NCBI GenBank assembly: GCA_964016885.1
Contig: OZ024752.1
Span: 43,524,001 to 43,588,000, forward strand
Length of the DNA: 64,000 nucleotides
Direction of reading: 5' to 3'
Source of the DNA: Eledone cirrhosa
Taxonomy: Eukaryota
How positions within the stretch are numbered: position 1 is the first letter of the stretch; the number at the start of each line of letters is the position of its first letter. The position numbers and the translations under genes were made by a program. Shown in pieces: positions 1 through 13,300 of the stretch. The notes beneath the pieces were generated by a model. It was not told the DNA's origin. It saw only the letters and a list, made by a program, of their open reading frames with translations, and ran no database searches.

Positions 1-1499
1 ACGTGCTGCAATCTGGTGGGCTCTTAGAAAACTAAGAGTAGATGAATGGCTTGTGAAAGCTGTACAAGCCATGTATAAGGGAGCACTCAGCAAAGTTAGG
101 ATTAGCAATGAGTATAGCGAGGAATTTAGCGTACAGGTTGGGGGTCCACCAGGGCTCTGTTCTTAGCCCTCTCCTGTTCATCATAGTCCTGCAGGCAATA
201 ACGGAGGAGTTTAAGACCGGATGCCCATGGGAACTCCTGTATGCTGATGACCTCGCACTTATAGCTGAATCTATAGAACTAGAGAAGAAATTCCAAACTT
301 GGAAGCAGGGACTAGAAAGAAAGGGTCTCAAAGTCAACATGACAAACACTAAGGTCCTTGTAAGTAGACGAGAAAACAGAATCCAGGTCCCCTCAGGGAA
401 ATGGCCTTGCTCAGTATGTAGGAAAGGTGTAGGTAGGAACTCGATTCTCTGCCCCAAATGCAAACAATGGGTACACGTGAGATGTAGCGGGATCTCAGGA
501 AGCTTATTTAAGAATGTAGGCTTCACATGCAGCAGCTGTGCTGGGACAGCAAGCAGCCACAGGAAACAAGTACCACCAATCTCTGGGAGGGCTCTCTAGA
601 AACAGTAGACAGCTTCTGCTACCTAGGTGACTGAATTAGCAGCGGAGGTGGGTGTTCAGAAAGTACAATAACTAAGGTAAGAACGGGATGGAAGAAGTTC
701 AGGGAACTACTGCCACTGCTAGCTGCAAAAGGCTTCTCCCTCAAAATGAAAGGCAAACTGTATGATGCGTGTATCCGAACAGCAATGTTACATGGTAGTG
801 AGACCTGGGCGCTGAAGGTGGAAGACTTACGTAGATTAGAAAGAAACGAAGCCTGCATGCTCCGATGGATGTGTAATAGTAATATACGCGAACGACAAAG
901 CATAAATGAATTGTGAGAGAGAGACTGAGCATAAGAGGAATCAAATGCTGTGTGCAGGAGAGGCGGTTGCGTTGGTATGGACATGTGATGCGTATGAAAG
1001 ATGACAGCTACATAAAAAGGTGCAGAGCACTAGAAGTCAATGGAAACCGCGGAGTGGAGAGACCCAAGAAGACCTGGGATGAGGTGATAAAAGCCGACTT
1101 TACCCAATTACACCTCTCAAAGGCGATGACACACGACCGTGACCTCTGGCGTCACGCAGTAATAGAGAGTACCCGACCTCCCATGGGTACAAGCTGAAGC
1201 ATATAGACAATATGCCCCCACACCCTCCCACTGCAAGGTGGTCGTGGAGGTGCCACGGCAAAAAAAGCACCCAGCCCACACTGTAAAGTGGACGTGTAGG
1301 CACCACGGAAAAAGCACCCAGCACTCACTGTAAATGAGGTTGGTGTTAGAAAGGGCATCCAGCTGTAGAAATCAAGCCAAAATCAGTTCCTGTATGAGCA
1401 AGGCATGATCAGCCGACCAAACACTGCCCACAACAGGACAACCCGTCTAACCCATGCTAGCATGGAAGAACAGACGTAAAACGGTGATGATGATGATGG
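1..1499 (+). mobile_element. RTE-clade LINE, 3' part (RT C-terminal half, PHD finger, 3'UTR, (GAT)n tail), frameshifted; in an ACAD9 intron, antisense
   Basis: GVHQGSVLSPLLF, LLYADDL and RRLRWYGHVMR motifs, several frameshifts/stops, ends in GATGATGATGAT. Near-identical to the element at 31030-34189. Confidence 0.93.
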
Positions 1500-1542
1500 T
1501 AAATATAAATATTAACAGAAAGAAATGTGAATCAATGAAATA

Positions 1543-1582
<40 letters not shown>

Positions 1583-1876
1583 TTCAAGGTAAACTCTGTA
1601 TTTCACTGTTTAGTAAAGAGAATCAGAGCTTCCTGAATGATAAAACTGGGGAGCAAAGGCATGTGAAGGAGTTTAATATGGTTACTGTTAAATGTTTGAA
1701 GGAGAAACTCTTCAACAAAACTCAACAACACTTGTACTAACATTTCATGCACAAATATTTAATATTTTCTAACACAAAGAAATTTAAAACCATCCCCCAC
1801 TCACACAAATAAGTATGAGAGTGTATGTGAGTGCATCAATATGTGGTGGTTCTACTAAGTCACTAATGAAGCTTAA

Positions 1877-2169
1877 CCCTTTAGCATTTAAACCAGCCAT
1901 ATCCAGCCAGAATTCTCTCACCTCTTTCTGTTCAAACCAGCTGTAACTCGCCACTCATACCAATATTAAGGTATTGTTCTCAAAATAAATAACATCAAAA
2001 TCTTGTAGATTTAATATTATGTGAAATAATTACATGAGGTAAAGTCTTTACCACAAAAATACAATAGTATATATAGAGTGATGTAAATGTTATGCGAGAT
2101 ATTGTGTGAAGTAAAGGCTTTACTGTGAAAATACAACAGTATATATAGAGTAATGTGAATGTTAAAGGG
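1877..2169 (+). mobile_element. piggyBac-type MITE (TTAA|CCCTTTAGCATTTA ... AAAGGG|TTAA) with an internal duplication
   Basis: TTAA at 1873-1876 and 2170-2173, CCC/GGG termini with terminal inverted repeats; homologous copies elsewhere in the window. Confidence 0.8.
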
Positions 2170-2414
2170 TTAAACTTCAGAACCATTTCAAGACCATAAA
2201 AATGTAGGACCAGCACTGTCCATAATGTTATATGGCAGTTCATTCACTGAATTTAACATGATCAGGAACTGAATAGGCAGAGTTTAATATGTAAATATTC
2301 ACAAAGATCTTTTTTAAAAACCAGAATCACAGAAAAGACAAAACCCAGACATTTATTAGAATAAAGTAAAGAATTAAAAGTGTAAGAGGCAAGTAACAAC
2401 AAGTGAGGAAATAC

Positions 2415-5400
2415 CTTGATGATTCCAAACTCATAGAGTTTTTTCCCAAATTGTGACCGGGTGATTGCATGTTCAGTAACACTTGCTGCAATAAATTATT
2501 GAAATGTATTCGTTTCAGGAGAAATGACTATAATAATAGTTGATTACTATAAATAGAGAAAATCAGGTAAAGTACCCCTAGAGACAGAAAAGAGTGGATA
2601 GAGACTAAACTGGATGTTCAAAATTAACTAAAACACATAGGCAGTGGATTTTTTTAGAAATAGGGTATCAAAAGGGTTAAATAATAATAACAGTGTAATA
2701 AGAACAACAAAAGTTTTTAAAATTACCCAAAAGCTTCTTAAGAGCACCAGAGTTGGAGCTTCCCATACTGAAGCGACCACTGTTAAGAATATTGACTGCA
2801 ATCTAGAAACAAAAATATCTCTTAGTAATTGACAGAAAAACATATTAAATCAAAATAAGTCACTGCTAATATCCACTAACTTTTATATATATATATATAT
2901 AAAATCAGGGTAATTAGTGTAAGAGGTGTATATGTTAGTGAATGAAGAGTAGTGAAACATCATTACTTCACTGATCCAGGCTTGCTGTAAGGAAACTCTC
3001 TGGCAGGAAGAAACCCCAAATGTTAGCCATCTTGTCCCAACAGAAACAATGGAAAAAGCATTACTCAGGAGGATGGTAAGGGAGACATGTTGAAATAGCC
3101 ATTCCAACATGTGGGGCTCACTCCTTCAGGTAGTCAACTCTGCCCCAATAGTAGTAAGGAGCTGGTCTGAGGACTAAGAATACCAGTAATCTCCACCACT
3201 ACAAGATTCAGTAGTAAACTTAAAGAACATCTGATATTTCAACAATTTGCCATCTTCAGCTTGTCAGGCCTTCATACCTGGGATTGTCACTGAAAGAAAC
3301 AAGTTACTGTTGGAGTTGTCACTGCATGTTGCATTATAGAAGCTGGCCTTACCCCTGTGGAATGGGAAGGTTGTGGTGCCATCTGACCTTCTGCCTTTCC
3401 TTGGTCCAGCTTTACTGCTTCGAGCTGAGATAAAAAACCTACAGTGTCCAAGCTATGCTTAATGATCTCGTTGAGAGCTGCACGGCAAGAGAAACAACCA
3501 GTACTATTGTGGCATGATAATGGATGAAGGCTGAAAGGATTCACAGCAGCATTTGTGTCTCTCACAGATCCAGAGACCAAGCCTCAGAGAAACACAGATG
3601 CACAAACAGACACTGTTCAGCTGAGTACCAGGTGATAGTGGTTAAACAAACAAATAATATTTGAAAAAGCATAATAAAAATGAGATGTGGAAACTTATAC
3701 AAAAAATACACACCTTAAATCCATCACCCACTTGACCTATGACATTTTCTAAAGGAACTGGAGTGTTTTCAAAATGGACTTCACAGGCTAAAAAAAAATT
3801 TAAATAACCATTTTAATTTTTATATCATTCAATATATGGTAAATACCAATGATATTTATAAATTAAATTGAAATATGTAATTACATTGAGAAAGAGCCAT
3901 TTTAGCCACATTAAAAAGAAACAGAAAAACTTCTATTCATGGTACCAAAATTTTCATTTCACCTTTGCAACCAAGTCATTGATAATTCCAATGAAAAGAG
4001 AATGTAACAGTTTATTTGTGTTTTTTTTTTTAAATAGTTAAAATGACTTTTCCACAAAGTAATTGTTTTAGTTTCAACACATGGTTTTAGATAAAGTCTC
4101 TTGCCTGACAAGTACAACTCTGTTTAAAACGACTTTTCCACATGCACACACACACTACTTACTATTAGATCCTCGAATACCCAGTTTGTCTTCAGGTTTA
4201 CCATTTGTGATGCCACCAAATTTCCTCTCTACAATGAATGCTGTAACTTTATCAACTTTTTCTCCCTAGAAGTGGAAAATAATCAACAATAGATAATTAA
4301 AACACTGTTTAAAAAAACCCCAGAACATAACTTCTCTAGTGTTGATGTCATGATAAAATACACCTAGTACACTCTGTAAAGTGGTAATGTTGTTTGTTTT
4401 TTAAGAGAGTGGGTGGAGATGAATTTAAGAAAGTCTGATCTTTGACATCCCAGAATATCATACCTTGTCATTTATTATTTCTGTTTTAGCAAAAACTGTA
4501 AAAACATCAGCAATGCCTCCATTAGAGATCCATATTTTGCCACCATTAATCAAATACGTTTGGCCGTCATCTGAGAGAGCTGCTCGAGTTTGGATAGATG
4601 CTGCATCACTTCCACTGAAATAAATCGGAGATTAGTAAAAACCATCACATAAACAATTGTGAAGATATGCCACATTGTGGTTTCAATTCCAAGACTGGTC
4701 AACATATTGTACCATTTAGCATAACATTTCATTTCATTTCATGCTTTTCCAGTCCACTCAGTTAAAAAAAACTGAGTTCCAGCAGCTGTGACAGACTGGT
4801 TCAGTCTTACGTACTCTCAGTCAGTTACTGGTTCAGTCTTATGTACTGTCAGTTACTGGTCCAGTCTTATGTACTGTCAGTTACTGGTCCAGTCTTATGT
4901 ACTGTCAGTTACTGGTCCAGTCTTATGTACTGTCAGTTACTGGTTCAGTCTTATGTACTGTCAGTTACTGGTTCAGTCTTATGTACTGTCAGTTACTGGT
5001 CCAGTCTTATGTACTGTCAGTTACTGGTCCAGTCTTATGTACTGTCAGTTACTGGTTCAGTCTTATGTACTGTCAGTTACTGGTTCAGTCTTATGTACTG
5101 TCAGTTACTGGTTCAGTCTTATGTACTGTCAGTTACTGGTTCAGTCTTATGTACTGTCAGTTACTGGTTCAGTCTTATGTACTGTCAGTTACTGGTCCAG
5201 TCTTATGTACTGTCAGTTACTGGTCCAGTCTTATGTACTGTCAGTTACTGGTCCAGTCTTATGTACTGTCAGTTACTGGTCCAGTCTTATGTACTGTCAG
5301 TTACTGGTCCAGTCTTATGTACTGTCAGTTACTGGTCCAGTCTTATGTACTGTCAGTTACTGGTCCAGTCTTATGTACTGTCAGTTACTGGTCCAGTCTT

Positions 5401-8400
5401 ATGTACTGTCAGTTACTGGTCCAGTCTTATGTACTGTCAGTTACTGGTCCAGTCTTATGTACTGTCAGTTACTGGTTCAGTCTTATGTACTGTCAGTTAC
5501 TGGTTCAGTCTTATGTACTGTCAGTTACTGGTCCAGTCTTATGTACTGTCAGTTACTGGTCCAGTCTTATGTACTGTCAGTTACTGGTTCAGTCTTATGT
5601 ACTGTCAGTTACTGGTTCAGTCTTATGTACTGTCAGTTACTGGTTCAGTCTTATGTACTGTCAGTTACTGGTTCAGTCTTATGTACTGTCAGTTACTGGT
5701 TCAGTCTTATGTACTGTCAGTTACTGGTCCAGTCTTATGTACTGTCAGTTACTGGTCCAGTCTTATGTACTGTCAGTTACTGGTCCAGTCTTATGTACTG
5801 TCAGTTACTGGTCCAGTCTTATGTACTGTCAGTTACTGGTCCAGTCTTATGTACTGTCAGTTACTGGTCCAGTCTTATGTACTGTCAGTTACTGGTCCAG
5901 TCTTATGTACTGTCAGTTACTGGTCCAGTCTTATGTACTGTCAGTTACTGGTTCAGTCTTATGTACTGTCAGTTACTGGTTCAGTCTTATGTACTGTCAG
6001 TTACTGGTTCAGTCTTATGTACTGTCAGTTACTGGTCCAGTCTTATGTACTGTCAGTTACTGGTCCAGTCTTATGTACTGTCAGTTACTGGTCCAGTCTT
6101 ATGTACTGTCAGTTACTGGTTCAGTCTTATGTACTGTCAGTTACTGGTCCAGTCTTATGTACTGTCAGTTACTGGTCCAGTCTTATGTACTGTCAGTTAC
6201 TGGTTCAGTCTTATGTACTGTCAGTTACTGGTTCAGTCTTATGTACTGTCAGTTACTGGTCCAGTCTTATGTACTGTCAGTTACTGGTTCAGTTTTATGT
6301 ACTGTCAGTTACTGGTTCAGTCTTATGTACTGTCAGTTACTGGTTCAGTCTTATGTACTGTCAGTTACTGGTTCAGTCTTATGTACTGTAAGTTACTGGT
6401 TCAGTCTTATGTACTGTCAGTTACTGGTCCAGTCTTATGTACTGTCAGTTACTGGTCCAGTCTTATGTACTGTCAGTTACTGGTTCAGTCTTATGTACTG
6501 TCAGTTACTGGTTCAGTCTTATGTACTGTCAGTTACTGGTCCAGTCTTATGTACTGTCAGTTACTGGTTCAGTTTTATGTACTGTCAGTTACTGGTTCAG
6601 TCTTATGTACTGTCAGTTACTGGTTCAGTCTTATGTACTGTCAGTTACTGGTTCAGTCTTATGTACTGTAAGTTACTGGTTCAGTCTTATGTACTGTCAG
6701 TTACTGGTCCAGTCTTATGTACTGTCAGTTACTGGTCCAGTCTTATGTACTGTCAGTTACTGGTTCAGTCTTATGTACTGTCAGTTACTGGTTCAGTCTT
6801 ATGTACTGTCAGTCAGTTACTGGTTCAGTCTTATGTACTGTCAGTCAGTTACATGAAACCAAGTCTAGCTCTGGTTGGATAAGTCTATGCTCAAGAAATA
6901 TTTAAACTTTTTAGCTTTAACTCTTTCTGTTGTCAACACAGTCAAGATTACATGATATAAACCACAGATTTTAATCTACTTATATTAAAATTGTCTCAAC
7001 AACAGCTTCATGAAATATTTAGTTAACTATTTTCAAAATAAACAGAAAAACATGGACAGTGTCTTTACTTAGAAATATGGTCATCATTACATTATATTAT
7101 TATTATTATCATTATATTGTGTGTATATACATGACAGTGTGTGTATATACACGTGACAGTATGTGTATATACATACAGATATAGTTTCTGTCTACCAAAT
7201 TTGTTATGGTTTTAAATGAGATTAACTTTAAAATACTTTATTTTTATGATTACAAGTGATTTCACTCCCAACACTATTTAGTTTTGGCCTGCATCTTACA
7301 TAGCTTTCACAATATGCCATGGGAAAATATTTTTTAAAAAAATGTTTTTAAGCTGTAAAAATCTTAACATCCTGTTCCACATGAATGTGTGAAAGAAAAA
7401 ACTATTTTCATTCTTTTCCTGAATTTTCTAAATCCTCCAGAAAACTTGATGTTATGCCTCCTAAAAAAAAAAAAATGACATACATAAATACTTTTATATG
7501 AATGTCTTGAACATGTGTAGTTATTGGGGAAGATGGAGAACCAATTGAAGAGTAAGATGCGAGACCACTGTACAAGAATCTTTTAGAGTGATTTCTCACC
7601 TGGATGGTTCTGTTAAACAAAAAGCAGCAATTTCTTCTCCTGCAGCAAGTTTCGGTAAATATTTCATCTTTTGTTCTTCATTTCCAAACAAAAGAATTCC
7701 CTAAAAAAATAAAGAAATTCAATAATAGAATTATGATACGTAAATCAAATTTGTCCCTGGAAGATGTACTGCTGATGCCATTTTCCATGTGAGACAGCTG
7801 CAGGTGAGGTACATAGCTAACAGTAAGCTCTTCTACCATTTAATTTCTTTCCTGTACAACATGGAAATCCAGGCATGTTCCACAATGTAAGACTTCACCC
7901 TCCTCCTACTTTAAGATCGTCCCCATGAACTGGTCCTTATTTCTATGATGGGATGTCTTCCTCATTGCCAAGCAGGCTATACCTTACACTCTCCACTCCC
8001 ATCAATGCCTCTCTAATTTGACACATCGAGCACCCTAATTTTGTCATTGTGGTGCCACAATAGAAAACAGCCCTGTAAGGTGATTGTTCTGGTGCCACAA
8101 AAAAGTTCCCAGTCCATGCTGTAGGGTGGTTGGCATTAAGAATGGCATCTAGTCATAGAATACCAAGTCAAAAATGGATCATATGAGCAAGATGGGGTAA
8201 CTGATGGATGGTGATGGCAATGATGAAGAATTGATAAAAATATAAAATTTCCAAAGAGACAATTTAAGAACTGTACCATAAAAATAGACACTTTTTTTTA
8301 AAGAAAAAAAAGAAAAAAAAAAAACTAACATTTTTCTTCTCTCAACTTCTCAAATAGCTGAATGCAAATGATCTTACCTTAAAACCTATAGACTGGTGTG

Positions 8401-10275
8401 CTGCTAACGTTACAGCAATTGATGAGTCTAAAGCTGTGGCTTCTGCAAGTCTAGCATATTTTGTAGCATTTAAACCAAGTCCACCTAAAACAGATTAAAA
8501 TAATTTATTAATTCGGTTGTTTAACCTTAAAGTCCTGAACTGCATAAAACCACATAAGTTAACATTCTTGAAAAGTACAAAACATCACTATAACTGCACC
8601 ACATTAAAAGTTCATGTCTTTAGTTTAATGCAAATTTTCACAACAATATGTCAACAAGTAAATATACTATAAACATTTGAATTAACATTCCAGCTTTTAG
8701 ATATTTTCTGTTAAATCATTACTGGATGTTATGAGTTAGCAAGAAAACCCAAGTTTACAGTCCTCTTCCGAACTGGAGAATAGCAGAGTTGCGGGTAAAG
8801 TCCAAGCTGGTTTGATTTATAATAAGATTGTTGAGAAACTGGATGTGTAGTACTAGTTGAGAGAGAAACCCTTTGTCGTCAGTAGAGATAATAGCTCCCT
8901 GAAAATTTACCACCTCATTTGTACTTTGATTACTGTGCCTTTACAGTACCTTTCTCCACTGCTAATTTGATCACCAAGGTACCAACTACTAATCCAGAAA
9001 CCTCCAAGCATTTGAAAGGATTTCATGAGTATTGATACAACTAACTTCTCTTATACATCTGCTACTTAGGAAAATCTTATGTAACTTGCCTGTTATCCCA
9101 CTATATCATTTGAAGAGCCATAGTTTACAACGAATATACCATATGGAGTTCCGACCTCCTCATGTCAAACATGAACACCTCCTTCATTACACTAGGGTTT
9201 TGTCTTCTTTTCGTTAAAGGTATTCCAGAGAGCTGACATTCAATGTAGGAAAGACTAGTGGTTTGAGTGGGGCCTGTTAGGGGTGATGATAGTGGGGGGA
9301 AAGGTAAATGAGCTGGAAATATCTTAATGGAAATGATGAGACCAGTTGGCTCTGATGAGCAGAAATCATTGAAATAGCAGTAAAAAGGTAGAGTGAAAAT
9401 ACAAGCCACTACAAACCATTTATCTCGAAGTTATTTACTGACCACCAGACTACTACAGAGGTATTTCTCCAAACTTAAAAACTTTTTTAAGCTTTTTTAA
9501 ACTTTAGGAATCATATTTACCATATTTTGTAGGTACCTGCTGGCCAAAAAGCCCCATTTCTGCCATCATTTTAAATATTTCTTCAGGAATGTGAGCTTCT
9601 TGATCAATCTTCTGAGAATCAACTAAAATACATTAAAAATTAAATTACACTTTATTTGAAAGTTATAAAACTGAATACATATGTTGATCTATATTCAATG
9701 TTGATAGTGTGCTAATAAACTTTAGATTATTTATGAAAACTAGCTGAGCCTGTGGAGATTCTGCAGTTTAATTAGAAACAACCACCAAGTATTGAAGATC
9801 AATATGACACTTTTTTATTCACACCAATATCACACACACACCACAATCGCACACACCACAATCGCACACACCACAATCGCACACACCACAATCGCACACA
9901 CCACAATCGCACACACCACAATCACACACACCACAATCACACACACCACAATCACACACACTACAATCACACACACTACAATCACACACACTACAATCAC
10001 ACACACTACAATCATACACATACACTTCACCATTATAATGACAACACTTTGCCAAAGAGAAACAATTTTCAGCAGAAATGATTTGTGAAAGGTAACATAT
10101 CTAAATACACCCATACAATGGTTTTACCTTCTTCCAAGAAGAATCGCTCCACTTGTTCATACATTTGGTTAAGTTCATCAAGCTCTTCATTGCTGGCGAT
10201 TTCAGGGTAAATAAGATTTGACTAGAAAAAAAAAAAAATAGCATCATCATCGTTTAACATCCATCTTCCACGCTA

Positions 10276-10323
<48 letters not shown>

Positions 10324-13300
10324 TTATATATCACCATCCTTTATATATTATATATATACATTTATATATCATCATCATTTAACATCTGTTTTCTAGTAAG
10401 AGTCGGACTGATATATATATAATAATGCAAAGATATTTTTGTATTATTAGTATTATTATTTATGTGCCCTGTACCACTACATTTATACTGCTTATCAAAT
10501 TTACTTTCTCCAAGATTGATTCTTAATTACTTTTATGGAGTTGGATGTGGAGCTAATTGGTTCATTGAAAATAATAATAGTGATATTAGCTTCAGATTAC
10601 ATCAAGATTTCACAATAAAAAGATGCCATAGGAAAAGGTTTCCCATTTACTGATACCTTATTGAACCTAGAACTATTTCAATAAAGATAAAGGGGTCAGG
10701 TTAGAGATATTGAGAGTGTTCTGCGTACAAAAGATAACTATCTCTCAGAGAATAATAAACAACATTGATTTGGATACCAGACCATACAGATATTAGAGGA
10801 GATAGGAAAAGAGATGAATTAGCAAAGGAGGGAATACAATGGGAAATAATACATATAGATTACATCCCAAATACATCGCAAGTGAAATCATTTAGCAAAA
10901 ATATAATTAGTGAAGAGTGGGAAAAACTTTGGGAAGAATCTAGAGATAAGCTCTCAAATATTGAACTATATTTTATCACAAACAGGTTTTAAAGAATCAC
11001 CTCTAAGTTCTTGTGGAGACAGCACAGAAACTTTCTGGCACTATTTGTTGCAATGCAGAAACTAGAGAGAGAACATTTTGAAGCTGATCATAAAAAAAAC
11101 TACTAAGAGTGGAGATACAATATACTGTCAAATATCAGCTATAAACAAGATCTTTGCCCTTGTTTTTCACTTTTAAAAAAATCTTATTCATGGTGCTTTT
11201 GCCTTCCATTTGCCTTCCCCACTTGTTATGTTTATCTCTGTCTATATTGGTTTAGTTTCTTAATGGTAAGAGGTACTAGATACTTCCCCTAATCTGTCAT
11301 GGCTTACTAGTTCTATACAAATATCTAAATTAATTAAATATTATCTTGATAGCTATTTTGTCACATGTAATTCAGATATGATTAACCATAATAGATATTG
11401 ATTATATATTGAAGGTTCCTGTGTTATCTTTCAGGTTAGCTCTACCATTAGTACTATCAACATTGAATTACCTTTTTATCAACAACTACCTATATTGAAC
11501 TCATATTGTTTATATAAAAAAGGGGCTAAACAGAAAATAATGTACTAAATATCACCAGAATAAAGGTAGGAATGTAATAAAAGTAATGTCAGTATATTAA
11601 AAGTTAAGTTAAAAGTGTCTCAAATACAGGAATCATCAAAATTAAATCATTAACGATAAATAAATCAATTTGCAAAATTTTAAGTGAGGAAATGATTATA
11701 AATGCATTTAATATTTTAATAGTGTATATGTATATGCTTGTGATTTATATTATTATTAATTAGTTTATAATTACCTATCAATAAATAATTATTAAAGAAG
11801 TTAAAATAGGAATCAGCAATCAAATCACAGAAGAAAATTAATTAGTTGAACATTTTTCTCAGATTAAAAAGTCACACAAAAAAGGGCCTATTTGATATCA
11901 ACCCAGCCAAAACTGGTTCTGGTTCTATAAAACAAAACCAACATAATTTCATATAAGAACCATATTTTAAAGTACTATCTTAGTAATGAAATAATTCTGC
12001 TAAAACCCTAAAAATGTTTCATTAATGTTTCATTCAAAAACTACACCTGATGTACCCCTTCCATACACATGCACACATGTGTATATCATGACTCATGCAC
12101 TGTTCATTTTCCTGACGTTTGTACATTACCCTATGTACTATACATACACATTTTGATGAGTTGTAGTGCACCTGAGCACTGTACACAATATTTCATTATT
12201 ATTATTATTTAATCAATTGAAATAGAGTATTTCAAATTGACATATGGTTACAAAAGGGTTAAACTGGAATATAGGTGTTTTCGGTGGGGCTTTTTCTTGT
12301 AGCTCTATAGACATAACTTTCCAGAGTTTTAACTCTTATGACAATAATTTTTTATATTTAAATAAAATGTTAACATTTTCTCTTGTTGCATTTTTTTTAA
12401 AATTCTTATTAGTATGTCCGAGTCCTATTTGTTGACTTGTTTTCCTCACTATAAGAATCCTAATTTTTGACCTTCTTTAGTTGAGATTAAGTTGACATAT
12501 TATAGTCTTTTGTAAATACAAAATTGTTTACAATTATGGCTAACCTTTTCTTACCAAACCACTCTTGGATCTAAGATTTAAAAAATGTTTTTTTAAATAT
12601 GTATATATTTATCTAAAAACTTTCCATCATAATTTTATTAAGAACTCTTTTAAAGTTATGTTTCAAACACCAGCTTAACAAAATCTCTCCAAATTATTGA
12701 TGATTTTCAAAATTATTTGAAAATCATAAACAGTGTCGTTCATTAGAAATATGGTAACAAAGGAATTTACTATGATTGTCTTAAGGGGTGGCTAAATGTA
12801 TGGTAATGAAAGGGGTTAAATAAAACTGAAATCAATTTTTTTTTTTTTTATAGCTCATACCTATGCAGGATTAGTTGGACTCTTATGAGGTAGTATCTCA
12901 GGAAGATTCTCTGGTGTTTTAATGATAGAGGTCCAAGGCCTAACATTAATGTGAAATGAAACAACACACCAGCTGAACTAAGAAATAAATCAACAAACTT
13001 GTGACTGAGAGTCCGACATTCTAAGCACTAGGGTAAATAAAAATGAAATATAAGGAAGGAAATGTCACAAAATACATCTATTCCCCATGTCACAGGACTA
13101 TATTGCATTTGTCCTCACCACAGCATCCAGGATGTGGATAGGAACAAGAGTTGCTAACTGTAATACCTCGTCTACCTCTAACCTATGAGTAAAGTATAAG
13201 ACCCGTCTACCCCTAATCCACGGGCAAAGGGTAAGACCCGTCTATCCCTAGCCCAGGGGCAAAGAGTAAGACCTGTCTACCCTTAACTCAGGAGTAAAGG

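Noticed and set aside
4788-6882. Three long overlapping ORFs (516-661 aa) and a possible CRISPR-like array
   Set aside because: The ORFs arise because the 28-bp unit lacks stop triplets on one strand. There are no unique spacers or cas genes, and the context is a eukaryotic intron.
8760-9400. Possible retroelement RT relic (similarly 55150-56000)
   Set aside because: Too decayed to assign motifs reliably by eye.
9792-10114. Cys-rich (DCGVC)n metallothionein-like and (HTTI)n ORFs
   Set aside because: Translations of a 15-bp intronic tandem repeat with no splice or codon support.
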